Positions 37,234 through 48,773 are shown, numbered from the stretch's first letter. The stretch: DNA of 64,000 nt from Octopus sinensis (GCF_006345805.1 NW_021833036.1:1-64000), one strand, 5' to 3'. The notes: a model not told the origin generated them from the letters alone. Numbers and translations are program-made.

Positions 37234-37262
37234 CGGTGTGTGGTTGGGTTGGAGCACAAAAT
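37234..37262 (-). CDS. CCNB1IP1: HEI10/CCNB1IP1 short C-terminal exon (may read through to a stop at 37171)
   Basis: tttctttatag|AT...CCG|gtgagt; 29 nt. (D)FVLQPNHTP resembles recalled human GDFQFRPF. Without splicing the frame runs to TAA at 37173-37171. Confidence 0.65.
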
Positions 37263-37280
37263 CTATAAAGAAATAAAGAA

Positions 37281-37695
37281 GTGGTCACTAATTACAGTAT
37301 CCACTGGATGTGCACATGTGTGACTGTACAAAGACGGGGCCTAAAGAGTTCCTGGCTTCTCTTGTGGTAACTACGGCAGGATAGCTTGTTCTAACAGAAC
37401 ACCCAATTTCTTTAGTGGTGGTCACCAATTACAGTATCCATTGAATGCGCATATGCACGACAGTGTACAAGGACGGGGCCTGAAGAGTTCCTGGCTTCTC
37501 TTGTGGTAACTAACGGTAGGATAGCTTGTTCTAACAGAACATCCAATTTCTTTGGTGGTGGTCACCAATTACAGTATCCACTGAATGTGCATATGCACGA
37601 CACTGTACAAGGACGGGGCCTGAAGAGTTCCTGGCTTCTCTTGTGGTAACTAACGGCAGGATAGCTTGTTCTAACAGAACATCCAATTTCTTTAT
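37281..37695. repeat. Triplicated ~138-bp unit
   Basis: ggtcac(c/t)aattacagtatcca...ccaatttcttt at about 37283, 37420 and 37560. Confidence 0.85.
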
Positions 37696-37915
37696 TAGCC
37701 ACAAGGGCCTAAACATAGATGGGGACAATACAGCCTGATTGGGGTCAGACACACAATGATTATATGACTTTTAAAATTTTACAAAATATAATGAAATTGA
37801 ATGAGATACAAGGACGAAATACAGACATGAGATGAAGCAGAGAGATGGGTTACACTCTGACCCCCATGGGCCCCTTTCTCCTACTGAAACTTTTGCATGC
37901 AGACTTATGACATGT

Positions 37916-38371
37916 TCACGAGGAATCTTTCATTCCCAGCACCCTCGCAACATGCAACCATCTTTCTTTGAACATTTTCTTTGACAGGCATCTTCTCTCC
38001 AGCCTCACCTTCCTTTTAAGGTGGAAGATAAAAAATCTCACCAACCCGAGACCGGAGATGAGGTTGCCTGTCACCAAACCTTTCATTCCCAACTTCCATA
38101 ATACCACCTCTTTCGCTATTGCTACTACTGCGAGAAAACATTGCTTACCTTCTTTCGTGAGGAAATCCGGTGGATCAATTTTTACGATTGACTCAGACGA
38201 CAGCTGTACTCTTCCCGAACCTGACAGCAGGTGTTCTGCATAAGCCCACACTTCAGACACTCCCGGAAACTGAACAATAGCATGCAGGACGGTTTCCCTA
38301 TCCCGTCCGCATCTTGGACAGTCGGCAGTGGTAGTTCGACCGTGTCGTGCGAGCTTATCCCAAACATCCAC
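37916..38371 (-). mobile_element. L1/Tx1-clade LINE C-terminal (zf-RVT) fragment
   Basis: CPRCGRDRETVLHAIVQ.P...WAY and AKEVVLWK motifs. Confidence 0.8.
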
Positions 38372-38389
38372 TAAAAATTAATCTCAGGA

Positions 38390-38940
38390 CTTGAGGTAAT
38401 CCAACGAAGCTACACGAAGAAGATAGCCTCTGTGCAGCATATAAGATATTGGGAAAGACTCAAGAGATTAAGACTCTATTCCTTAGAGCGTAGACGAGAA
38501 AGATATGCTATAATATACATCTGGAAGATCCTAGAAGGACTTGTCCCAAACTTTGGCATCGAGAGTTACACAAATACTAGAACTGGGCGCCACTGCATAG
38601 TGCCAAGGACTCCAAATTTGCCATCAAGATGTAGGACAAGATACTGCAATAGCTTGGGCTTCAGAGGTCCACAGCTCTTCAATATCCTCCCGAAGGACCT
38701 GAGAGACCTGCATGCGGTGGATGTAGGTGTCTTCAAAACAAAGCTGGACCTCTTCCTGTCAGGTGTCCCAGATGAACCAACTTCGCGGCAGGAGGTGCAG
38801 ATGAGGGCAGCTGCATCAAACTCTCTCATGCACCAAATGTCAATTGCTAAAAAGCATTCGTGAAGTAAAATAATGTAGCAACACCAAATGGCGGTGCCCC
38901 AGCATGGCCACAGCTCGTGAGCTGAAACTAGATGAAATAA
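38390..38940 (+). mobile_element. CR1-group LINE 3' end including 3' UTR
   Basis: YWERLKRLRLYSLERRRERYAIIYIWKILEG...FKTKLDLFL..VPDEP; UTR ends ggcggtgccccagcatggccacagctcgtgagctgaaac. Confidence 0.9.
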
Positions 38941-39222
38941 TATATATGCTCTAAGTGCGAAACTGGTACTTATTTAATCGACCTCGAAAGGATGAAAGGA
39001 AAAGTCGACCTCAGCGGAATTTGAACTCAGAACGTAGCGGCAGACATAATACTTCTAAGCATTTCGCCTGGTGTGCTAACGATTCTGCCAGTTCGCCGCC
39101 TTATGATAATAAAGATGTGTTATGACAAAAGTGTGGATAATTATTGACTGCCCCTCGTATATATAGAGATAGGGGGGAGCGTGATACACTGAGCAAAGAA
39201 CTAGTGAGATAAATATACTTAC

Positions 39223-39291
39223 CATCATCACAGCCGTTATTTGCAAGTGGAGGTGGAGGTGCAGATGGGGTGTGAAGCTTCCGGAGGACAG
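39223..39291 (-). CDS. CCNB1IP1: HEI10/CCNB1IP1 coding exon (Pro-rich tail)
   Basis: attctctag|CT...G|gtaagt; 69 nt, phase 1/1; (A)VLRKLHTPSAPPPPLANNGCDD. Confidence 0.7.
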
Positions 39292-39762
39292 CTAGAGAAT
39301 AATGGAAATATTTCAAACTGGTTAATCTCATTTGATTGATCTGAATCATTGAACCACAGCCATGCTGGAGCACCACTTTCAAATGTCTGGGTCAGTTATT
39401 ACTGATGTTTTTGCCACTTCACACATACAGTGCTTTGCCTGCTATTTGTCCTCCAAGGTGGACGTAGGGCAAAGACAGCTGGCTGTGGAAGAAGATTACC
39501 AAAATGAATCAAAATTTCACATAGTACTTTTTTCATTTAGGGGACCGTTTTCGTGGAGGAGGGGATTTGGCATGGCTGAGTGGTAAGAGGCTTGCTTCCC
39601 AACCACATGGTTCCGAGTTCAGTCCCACTGCGTGGGACCTTGGGCAGGTATCTTCAACTATAGCCTCAAGCCAACCAAAGCCTTGTGAGAGGATTTGGTA
39701 GACGGAAAATGAAAGAAGCCCGCCATATATATACATATATATATATATTTTTTTTTTAGAAG

Positions 39763-40140
39763 CACTCTGTCGGTTACGACGACGAGGGTTCCGGTTGATC
39801 CGAATCAACGGAACAGCCTGCTCGTGAAATTAACGTGTAAGTGGCTGAGCACTCCACAGACACGTGTACCCTTAACGTAGTTCTCGGGGATATTCGGCGT
39901 GACACAGAGAGTGACAAAGCCGGCCCCTTGAAATACAGGTACAACAGAAACAGGGAGTAAGAGTGAGAGAAAGTTGTGGTGAAAGAGTACAGCAGGGATC
40001 ACCACCATCCCCTGCCGGAGCCTCGTGGAGCTTTTAGGTGTTTTCGCTCAATAAACACTCACAACGCCCGGTCTGGGTATCGAAACCACGATCCTACGAC
40101 CGCGAGACCGCTACCTTAACTACTGGGCCACTGTGCCTCC
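39763..40140 (-). mobile_element. SINE family D
   Basis: Full reverse-complement copy. Confidence 0.85.
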
Positions 40141-40609
40141 TTATCTATATACACACACACACACACACACACATGTGGAAACTGAAAGAAACCTGTCATA
40201 TATGTGTGTGTGTGTGTGTGTGTGTATGTTATATGTGTATGCATGTGTTCATGTGTGCGTGTCTGTGTTTGTCTTTCTGCCATTGCTCGACAACCGATGC
40301 TGGTGCTTTTATGTCCCCTATAACTTAGTAGTTCAGCAAAAGAGACCAACAGAATAAGTACTGGACTTACAAAGAATAAGTCCTGGGGTTGATTTCCTCA
40401 ACTACAAAAACCCTTTAAGGCGGTGCTCCAGCGTGGCCGCAATCAAATGACTGAAACAAATAAAAGAATAAAGTGCCGGGAGCAATTCATTCAACTAAAA
40501 CCCTTCATGGGCAGTGCCCCAGCATGGCCACAATCCAATGATTGAAACAAGCTAGCAATGAAAAGTAAAAGAAGACCAGGCAGGACAAGTGAGCCCAGCC
40601 CACTTATGA

Positions 40610-41530
40610 ATGCCTTTCCTCCCTTGGACACAAAGACCTGTTGAGGCAAGCGAAGTCGATATAGAACCTCATCCGACGACAGGCACCCATGCCAACCCCC
40701 TTTGCTTGCGAAGACATGTTGGGGCAAGCGAAATCGAAATCGAAATTGAATTGAACCAGCCAGGATCCCTGGTCTGGTGGTACGTAAAAAGCACCATCTG
40801 ACTCGTGGCCGATGCCAGCGCCGCCTCGACTGGCTTCCGTGCCGGTGGCATGTAAAATACACCAATCCGACCGTGGCCGTTGCCAGCCTCGCCTGGCACC
40901 TGTGCGGGTGGCACGTAAAAAGCACCCACTACACTCACGGAGTGGTTGGCGTTAGGAAGGGCATCCAGCTGTAGAAACATTGCCAGATCAGACTGGGCCT
41001 GGTGCAGCCTTCTGGCTTCCCAGATCCCCGGTCGAACCGTCCAACCCATGCTAGCATGGAGAACGGACGTTAAACGATGATGATAATGATGATGATATAA
41101 ATATATATGTATGCCTCTGTGCCGGTGTCATGTAAAAAGCACCCACTACACTCACGGAGTGGTTGGCGTTAGGAAGGGCATCCAGCTGTAGAAACACTGA
41201 CAGATCAGACTGGAGCCTGGTGCAGCCTTCTGGCTTCCCAGATCCCCGGTCGAACCATCCAACCCATGCTAGCATGGAGAACGGACGTTAAACGATGATG
41301 ATAATGATGATGATATAAATATATATGTATGCCTCTGTGCCGGTGGCACGTAAAAAGCACCCACTACACTCACGGAGTGGTTGGCGTTAGGAAGGGCATC
41401 CAGCTGTAGAAACATTGCCAGATAAGACTGGAGCCTGATGCAGCCTTCTGGCTTCCCAGATCCCCGGTCGAACCGTCCAACCCATGCTAGCATGGAGAAC
41501 GGATGTTAAACGATGATGATGATGATGATA
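40610..41530 (+). mobile_element. RTE 3'-UTR element (family C), long form plus two tandem 218-bp terminal duplications
   Basis: Terminal segments end at about 41095, 41313 and 41530, each with (ATG)n. Confidence 0.8.
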
Positions 41531-41560
41531 AAGGAAGAAAGAAGATAAAAAAGGGTTTAC

Positions 41561-41684
41561 CATCAGCAGAAGATAAGGACAAGATGAAGTTCTCATTTTT
41601 AAAACCGTTCCAGACCTTCTCCGGGCATTCCTTTTCGTAATTGATCGGAGAAATCAATTTCCTACGTATGACATCATACATCGA
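41561..41684 (-). CDS. CCNB1IP1: HEI10/CCNB1IP1 coding exon
   Basis: tgtctttcag|TCG...G|gtaaac; 124 nt, phase 0/1. SMYDVIRRK resembles recalled human GLYDSLRLR. Confidence 0.82.
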
Positions 41685-41881
41685 CTGAAAGACACAAAAA
41701 GAAGAACATATAGGCGCAGGAGTGGCTGTGTGGTAAGTAGCTTGCTTACCAACCACATGGTTTCGGTTCAGTCCCACTGTGTGGCCCTTGGGCCAGTGTC
41801 TTCTGCTATAGCCCCGGGCCGACCAATGCCTTGTGAGTGGATTTGGTAGACGGAAACTGAAAGAAGCCTGTCGTATATATG

Positions 41882-41914
<33 letters not shown>

Positions 41915-42478
41915 ATGTGTTTGTGTGTCTGTTTGTCCCCTGAGCATTGCTTGATAACCGATGCTGGTGTGTTTACGTCCCCCGTCACTTAGCGGTTCAG
42001 CAAAAGAGACCGAAAAAATAAGTACTGGGCTTACAAAGAATAAGTTCCGGGGTCGATTTGCTCGACTAAAAGGCAGTGCTCCAGCATGGCCGCAGTCAAA
42101 TGACTGAAACAAGTAAAAGAGTAAAAGAGTAAAGAGTATAAGAAATACAATACAGGGGCAATGTGGCTTCGTGTTAAGAAGTTTATTTCCCGGCCACGTG
42201 GTTCTTGGTTCAATCCCTCCGTGTTGCACCTTGAGCAAGTAACTTCTACTATAGCCTTGGAGGGACCAAAGCCTTGTGAATGGATTTGGTAGACGGAAAC
42301 TGAAAGAAGCCTGTCGAGATTCGCCAACACTACACCTGAATTTTCTCCCCTCCAAACACACACAAGCATACATTGTTCGCTTTCCAGACATTTCTACATT
42401 ACTGCATGTACTTTATATGCACTTTCTGACAAGTTGTGGTGCACCTGAGCACTGTATACAATAATTTCATTATTATAT

Positions 42479-42519
<41 letters not shown>

Positions 42520-42813
42520 TGTGTGTGTCTGTTTGTCCCCCACTAGTATTTGACAACCCTGGTTCCAGGTTCAGTCCCACTGCCTGGCACCTTGGGCAAA
42601 TGTCTTCTACTATAGCCTCAGGCCAACCAAAGCCTTGTGAGTGGTTTTGGTAGAAGGAAACTGAAAGAAGCCTGTCGTATATATGTGTGTGTGTGTGTGT
42701 GTGTCCTTGTCCTCCACTAGTATTAGACAACCATGGTTCAAGGTTCAGTCCCACTGTTGCACCTTAAGCAAGTAACTTCTCCTCTACTCTTGGAGGGACC
42801 AAAGCCTTTATTA

Positions 42814-42849
<36 letters not shown>

Positions 42850-43578
42850 GTGTTGTGAGGTGGCAGAATCATTAGGATACCAGGCAAAATGATTAGTGGC
42901 TTTTCTTCTCATTCGTTAGGAGTTCAAATTCTGTCAAGGTCAACTTTTAGGGTGAGTAAAATAAGAACTAACAGAGCTCTGCCATCAATGGGATCGACCA
43001 GCTTCCTCTTCCGAAATTTCAGGCTTTGTGCTTGGATTAGAAAGAGTTATTATCTTAGGGTAGTAAGCTGGAAGAAGTAACCATGTGGTAAGAAGCTCGC
43101 CTCCCAACCACATGGTTCTGGGTTCAATCCACCGTGTGACACCTTGGGCAAGCCTTGAGTGGATTTGGTAGACAGAAACTAAATGAAGCCTATCGTATAT
43201 GTGTGTGTGTCTTTGTGTCTGTATGTCTCCCAACAAACACTTGACAGCCGGTGTTGGTGTGTTTACATCCCATAACCTGGCAGTTCAGTAAAAGAGATTA
43301 ATAAAATAAATACCAGGATCAATTCATTCTTCAAGGTGGTGCCCCAGCATGGCCACGGTCTAATGACTGAAACAAGTAAAAGATAAAAGATGTAGGTTGT
43401 GTGCATCTGGTTTACGTCCCTATAACTTAGCAGTTCGGCAAAGCGGATCAATAGAATAAGTACTAGGCTTTGAAACAAAAAGTACTGAGGTTGATTCTTT
43501 CTACTAAAAATCCTTCAAGGTGGTGCCCCAGAATGGCCACAGCCTAACAAGTGAAAAAGAAATAGAAGATAAAACAAC

Positions 43579-44170
43579 AGGCGCAGGAGTGGCTGTGTGG
43601 TAAGTAGCTTGCTTACCAACCACATGGTTTCGGGTTCAGTCCCACTGCATGGCATCTTGGGCAAGTGTCTTCTGCTATAGCCCCGGGCCAACCAATGCCT
43701 TGTGAGTGGATTTGGTAGACGGAAACTGAAAGAAGCCTGTCGTATATATGTGTGTGTGTGTGCGTGTGTCTGTTTGTCCCCCACTAGTATTTGACAACCC
43801 TGGTTCCAGGTTCAGTCCCACTGCCTGGCACCTTGGGCAAATGTCTTCTACTATAGCCTCAGGCCAACCAATGCCTTGTGAGTGGATTCGGTAGACGGAA
43901 ACTGAAAGAAGCCTGTCGTATATATGTATATATATACATATATGTGTTTGTGTGTGTCTGTGTTTGTCCCCCTAGCATTGCTTGACAACCGATGCTGGTG
44001 TGTTTACGTCCCCCGTCACTTAGCGGTTCGGCAAAAGAGACCGATAGAATAAGTACTGGGCTTACAAAGAATAAGTCCCGGGGTCGATTTGCTCGACTAA
44101 AGGTGGTGCTCCAGCATGGCCGCAGTCAAATGACTGAAGCAAGTAAAAGAGTAAAAGAGTAAAAGAGTAA
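43579..44170 (+). mobile_element. SINE family A (compound), tail abutting a HEI10 donor
   Basis: The (TAAAAGAG)n tail ends at 44170, within the +2/+3 positions of the donor after exon 44172-44263. Confidence 0.85.
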
Positions 44171-44171
44171 C

Positions 44172-44263
44172 CTGTAGCTTCTGGCATTGTCTTGTTTTTT
44201 CCACCAGTTTTTCGGCAACTTCACTATATTTCTTTTTGGTGGTCTCCAGATCCTTCTTGGTGG
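44172..44263 (-). CDS. CCNB1IP1: HEI10/CCNB1IP1 coiled-coil exon
   Basis: gtggtttcag|CC...CAG|gttact; 92 nt, phase 1/0. (A)TKKDLETTKKKYSEVAEKLVEKTRQCQKLQ matches recalled human KKVLEEYKKKFSDISEKLMERNRQYQKLQ. Confidence 0.88.
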
Positions 44264-44347
44264 CTGAAACCACAGAAATTGACCAAAATTATCAGAGATT
44301 CATAACTTTGTGTAGCATAATTTTTGTTCTTGGGTAGCAATTGTTAA

Positions 44348-44568
44348 CCCTTTAGTGTTCACATTATTCTGCCAAAATTAATGCTTCTTCATCTACATTG
44401 TTTTTAATTAATCATGCATTACCTTATAGCATTGAGATTTTGGTGAGGTAGCTGTTAATTATTAAAACGATATCGTAGGGTTGGTGTGAGAGACCAGATC
44501 TGGCCAGTTTGAACATAAAACAAGCAGAATACTTTTAGCTGGATATGGCCGGTTTAAATGCTAAAGGG
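44348..44568. mobile_element. piggyBac-type MITE family B
   Basis: TTAA-CCCTTT...AAAGGG-TTAA. Confidence 0.85.
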
Positions 44569-45227
44569 TTAATTTCTATTTGCCGAACCCTAGAAAGTAT
44601 GAAAAATGGCTAACATTTCCTTCAAACTTTGCTTTTGTTACATTTATTCAAACCCCAAAGAATCCCTCTCAACACATGGCTATAATGCTTCCCCAATACT
44701 CCTGACCATGATCAGAGATGCACATATTGTCAGCCACTAAGGGACAAGTTCAACAGATTGCGGTCAAGTAATTATGTCCTATTACAATGGGTAACACGAT
44801 TTTTGTCCTTGGGTTACAACTGTCATTTCCTATTTCCTGACCCCTAGAAAGTATGAAAAATGGCTTATGCTTCCTTCAAACTTTGCTTTTCTTACATTTA
44901 TTCAAACCCCAAAGAATCCCTCTCAACATATGGCTACGATGCTCCCCACAAGTACTCCTGCTCGTCATCAGAGAAGCAAATATTGTCAGCCACTGAGAGA
45001 CTTGCTCAAGTGATTAAGGTCTGAACAGAGTATTTGCTATAACAATATTTCTGCTTCAGCAACTCAGAGTGCTGAATCTGTGATATGTAATGGGAAAGCA
45101 TTGATGTCCAGGTCAGAAAAGCAAAATGTGAAGGGAATAGCAGTCATTTCCTTTGATTTCTAGAAAGAAGCAAATAGGAAATAACCCCTACTGACCAAAG
45201 GCAAAAAAAAAGATTGAAATTTTGTTA

Positions 45228-45800
45228 AGGCGCAGGAGTGGCTGTGTGGTAAGTAGCTTGCTTACCAACCACATGGTTCCAGGTTCAGTCCCACTGCGTG
45301 GCACCTTGGGCAAGTGTCTTCTACTATAGCCTCAGGCCGACCAAAGCCTTGTGAGTGGATTTGATAGACGGAAACTGAAAAAAGCCTGTCGTATATATGT
45401 ATATATATTTATACAAGTAGCTTGCTAACCAACCACATGGTTCCAGGTTCAGTCCCACTGCGTGGCATCTTGGGCAAGTGCCTTCTGCTATAGCCCCGGG
45501 TCGACCAATGCCTTGTGAGTGGATTTGGTAGACGGAAACTGAAAGAAGCCTGTCATATATATGTATATATATATGTATGTGTGTTTGTTTGTGCGTCTGT
45601 GTTTGTCCCCCTAGCATTGCTTGACAACCGATGCTGGTGTGTTTATGCCCTCATCACTTAGCGGTTCGGCAAAACAGACCGATAGAATAAGTACTGGGCT
45701 TACAAAAGAATAAGTCCCGGGGTCGAGTTGCTTGATTAAAGGCAGTGCTCCAGCATGGCCGCAGTCAAATGACTGAAACAAGTAAAAGAGTAAAAGAGTA
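45228..45800 (+). mobile_element. SINE family A with duplicated head
   Basis: The tail ends 14 nt from the HEI10 micro-exon boundary. Confidence 0.85.
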
Positions 45801-45814
45801 ATATGGCAACTTAC

Positions 45815-45835
45815 CGTTTTGCTGTAGTTTCATAG
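45815..45835 (-). CDS. CCNB1IP1: HEI10/CCNB1IP1 21-nt micro-exon
   Basis: aataaag|CTATGAAACTACAGCAAAACG|gtaagt; phase 1/1. It adds SMKLQQN, filling exactly the 7-residue gap relative to recalled human ELT-SMKGEVT-SMKKVLEEY. Confidence 0.82.
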
Positions 45836-46149
45836 CTTTATTTACTGATAAGGAAAATTACAAGAAAATATTTTAGATTCAATCACAAGAACCATTGTCA
45901 TCACTGTCTTTTTAAGGTCCCCTTTTTAAGGTCCACCCACGCTTACATGGGTTAGATTATTGGGACAGATTTTCTAGTCCCCTATTTCTAAGCAATGAGC
46001 AAAGTAATATTTCCTCGTGGCCGGACATGTTTTGACGGAATACTGGAAATAAACAACACTGCTTGTATGACAGTGACACTCATTTACAACCATCGTATGA
46101 TATCAAGACAAGGGAACACAAACACACACACATGCATGCATGTACGTAC

Positions 46150-46815
46150 AGGCGGCGAGCTGGCAGAAACGTTAGCACGCCGGGCAAAATGCATAGCCAT
46201 ATTTCATCTGCCGTTACGTTCTGAGTTCAAATTCAGCCGAGGTCGACTTTGCCTTTCATCCTTTCAGGGTCAATAAATTAAGTACCTATTTCTTTATTAC
46301 CCACAAGGGGCTAAACATAGAGGGGACAAACAAGGACAGACATAGGTATTAAGTCGATTACATCGACCCCAGTGCGTAACTGGTACTTAATTTATCGACC
46401 CCGAAAGGATGAAAGGCAAAGTCGACCTTGGCAGAATTTGAACTCAGAATGTAACGGCAGACAAAATACCTATTTCTTTACTACCCACAAGGGGCTAAAC
46501 ATAGAGGGGACAAACAAGGACAGACATAAGTATTAAGTCAATTACATCGACCCCAGTGCGTAACTGGTACTTATTTAATCGACCCCGAAAGGATGAAAGG
46601 CAAAGTCGACCTCGGCAGAATTTGAACTCACAACGTAACGCAGACGAAATACTGTTAAGCATTTCGCCCGGCGTGCTAACGTTTCTGCCAGCTCGCCGCC
46701 TTTTTATAAATTAAGTACCAGTTACACACTGGGGTCGATGTAATCGACTTAATCCGTTTGTCTGTCCTTGTTTGTTCCCTCTGTGTTTAGCCCCTTGTGG
46801 GTAGTAAAGAAATAC
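46150..46815. mobile_element. SINE B (+) interrupted by an antisense SINE-B dimer (about 46287-46705) with a 14-bp TSD
   Basis: ATAAATTAAGTACC at 46273-46286 and 46706-46719. Confidence 0.88.
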
Positions 46816-47349
46816 ATCTTTCAGTGTCCCGCTCAAACATTCACCCACATTTGGCTGGTTTTGGGTTTTGTTTAAGGTGCCAACCAGTGGGATTGAACCT
46901 GTAACCATATGGCCGGGAAGAAAAACCTTTCAAGAACATGACCACACCAGCCCCTATGCATTTTGGAGGGATTTTGTTTTGTTTTTAGACTTAACCTCCC
47001 AATTGGCACTAAGCCACCTCCCTCGATACAAATTCATCCTCCAACTCAGTTGAGGGGACTTCATCTTGCAAGTTACTTGGTGACCCCCTGTCAGTCCAAA
47101 TGCCATGAAAAAAAACACCTAGTACACTCAGTAAAGTGACTGGCTTTAGGAAGGGAATCCAGCCATAGAAACCATGCCAAAGAGACAATCTCTTCCCTTC
47201 CCTTCCCTTGTCTATCTTGGGCGTCCTTGTATCTCCCCTACAGCAAGGCACCCATCTTTATCCCCCTATTATTTCTTTCAACCTCTCATCAACTAACACC
47301 CAGCTGAGGGGACTTCAACTTGAAAATTACTTGGTGACCCCTGCTGGTC

Positions 47350-47350
<1 letters not shown>

Positions 47351-47390
<40 letters not shown>

Positions 47391-47587
47391 TATATGTACG
47401 TATGTATGTATGTATGTATGTAAGTATGTATGTATGCATGCATGCATGCATGCATGCATGCATGCATGTATGTATGTATGTATGTATGTGTGTATGTATG
47501 TAAGTATGTATGTATGTATGTATGTATGTATGTATGTATGTATGTATTATGTATGTATGTGTGTGGTATGTATGTGTGTGTGTATGT

Positions 47588-47629
<42 letters not shown>

Positions 47630-47643
47630 GTGTGTGTGTGTGA

Positions 47644-47679
<36 letters not shown>

Positions 47680-47762
47680 GTATGTATGTGTGTATGTGTG
47701 TATGTGTGTATGTATGTGTGTATGTATGTATGTATGTATGTATGTATGTATGTATGTATGTA

Positions 47763-47793
<31 letters not shown>

Positions 47794-47844
47794 ATTATTA
47801 TGTATGTATGTATTGTATGTAGTGGTTGTATGTATGTATGTATG

Positions 47845-47878
<34 letters not shown>

Positions 47879-47930
47879 TGTATGTATGTATGTATGTATG
47901 TATGTGTGTATGTATGTATATGTGTGTGTG
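47351..47930. repeat. Compound microsatellite (TA)n/(TATG)n/(TG)n/(CATG)n
   Basis: Directly visible; it generates spurious ORFs. Confidence 0.95.
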
Positions 47931-48135
47931 TCCATATTTGCCCACCACTTGTCAACTGGTGTTGATGCGTTTATGCCCTTGTAACTTAGCAGTTCAGCAA
48001 GAGAAACCGAATAAGTACCAGGCTTTAAAAACAACTCATGTGGTCAACTCATTCAACTAAAAATTCTTCAAAGCATTGCCCCAGCATGGCCACAGTCTAA
48101 TGACTGAAACAAGTCAAAGACAAACTATAAAACTA

Positions 48136-48648
48136 CTAGCAGTATCGCCCGGCGTTGCTCGGGTTTGTAAGGGAAATAACTATATAACCATTTTTAGAGA
48201 GTTACTTCCCTTATAGATTCCAATTCGGGCTTTCTTAGCCATTTCTGTTTTGGTGTCTTCAAGCCATGAAGTCGTTGTTCTAAAAGAACGCTGGTCTCCT
48301 TGACAACGCTTTACGACGATGATTTCCTTACACTCCCTTCCCCACAGCTTCACGAGGGAGGGAAGAAGGGGGAGAAGCAAACAGGTGCAGGTGTGACCAT
48401 GGACGCCAACTCCGCCGCCATCGACAGACGAAAAAATATGCATTAAAATGGAATAAAAAATGATGTTAAATTATTTTTAAAATCGTAGACTTATCGTAGA
48501 CGCGCGCTAATACCCTGAAGGGCTCGATATGAATCACGACTATAAGATACCCGAATTTGGTTAAACTGCACCGCAAAATGTGGGAGTAGTTAGGAACCTA
48601 AATCGAAGGGAACAGACACTCACACAACTACAGTTTTATATATATAGA
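48136..48648 (-). mobile_element. Non-autonomous Helitron, complete (513 bp)
   Basis: A|TCTATATATA...cccgagcaacgccggg hairpin, 8 nt, CTAG|T; no TSD. Confidence 0.88.
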
Positions 48649-48658
48649 TAAAGGATAC

Positions 48659-48773
48659 AACTCAATTCAGACTGAATCCTGGACACGACTTCTTCGTAGT
48701 ATTGTTCAAGTTGAGTGGCCTTTTCCTTAACTTTGCTGGCAATATATTCCTGGTAGACTCTCTCTTGGTGAGA
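48659..48773 (-). CDS. CCNB1IP1: HEI10/CCNB1IP1 coding exon
   Basis: cttgttgcag|TCT...T|gtatccttt; 115 nt, phase 0/1. SHQERVYQEYIASKVKEKATQLEQYYEEVVSRIQSELS matches recalled human VHQERLYQEY...QMEKIY. Confidence 0.92.

Larger units (their letters stand above)
45836..48658 (-). other. CCNB1IP1: GT-AG U12-type (minor spliceosome) intron of HEI10, 2823 nt
   Basis: 5' site GTATCCTTT (48658-48650). Branch-like TTTTCCTTATC has its A about 13 nt before the AG, and there is no pyrimidine tract (agtaaataaag). Confidence 0.8.

Noticed and set aside
37916-38863. Host-gene exons in ORFs 37916-38371 and 38432-38863 (also 28510-29079 and 50082-50672)
   Set aside because: They carry LINE C-terminal motifs and 3' tails and lack splice signals, so they are retrotransposon fragments.
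45224-45231. GCCTTAAC as the U12 branch site
   Set aside because: It is formed at a SINE junction, with no in-frame exon and donor behind it; the site at about 45847-45857 fits better.
47293-48060. His/Thr/Tyr- and Cys/Val/Met-rich ORFs (also 49200-49743)
   Set aside because: They are microsatellite translations.
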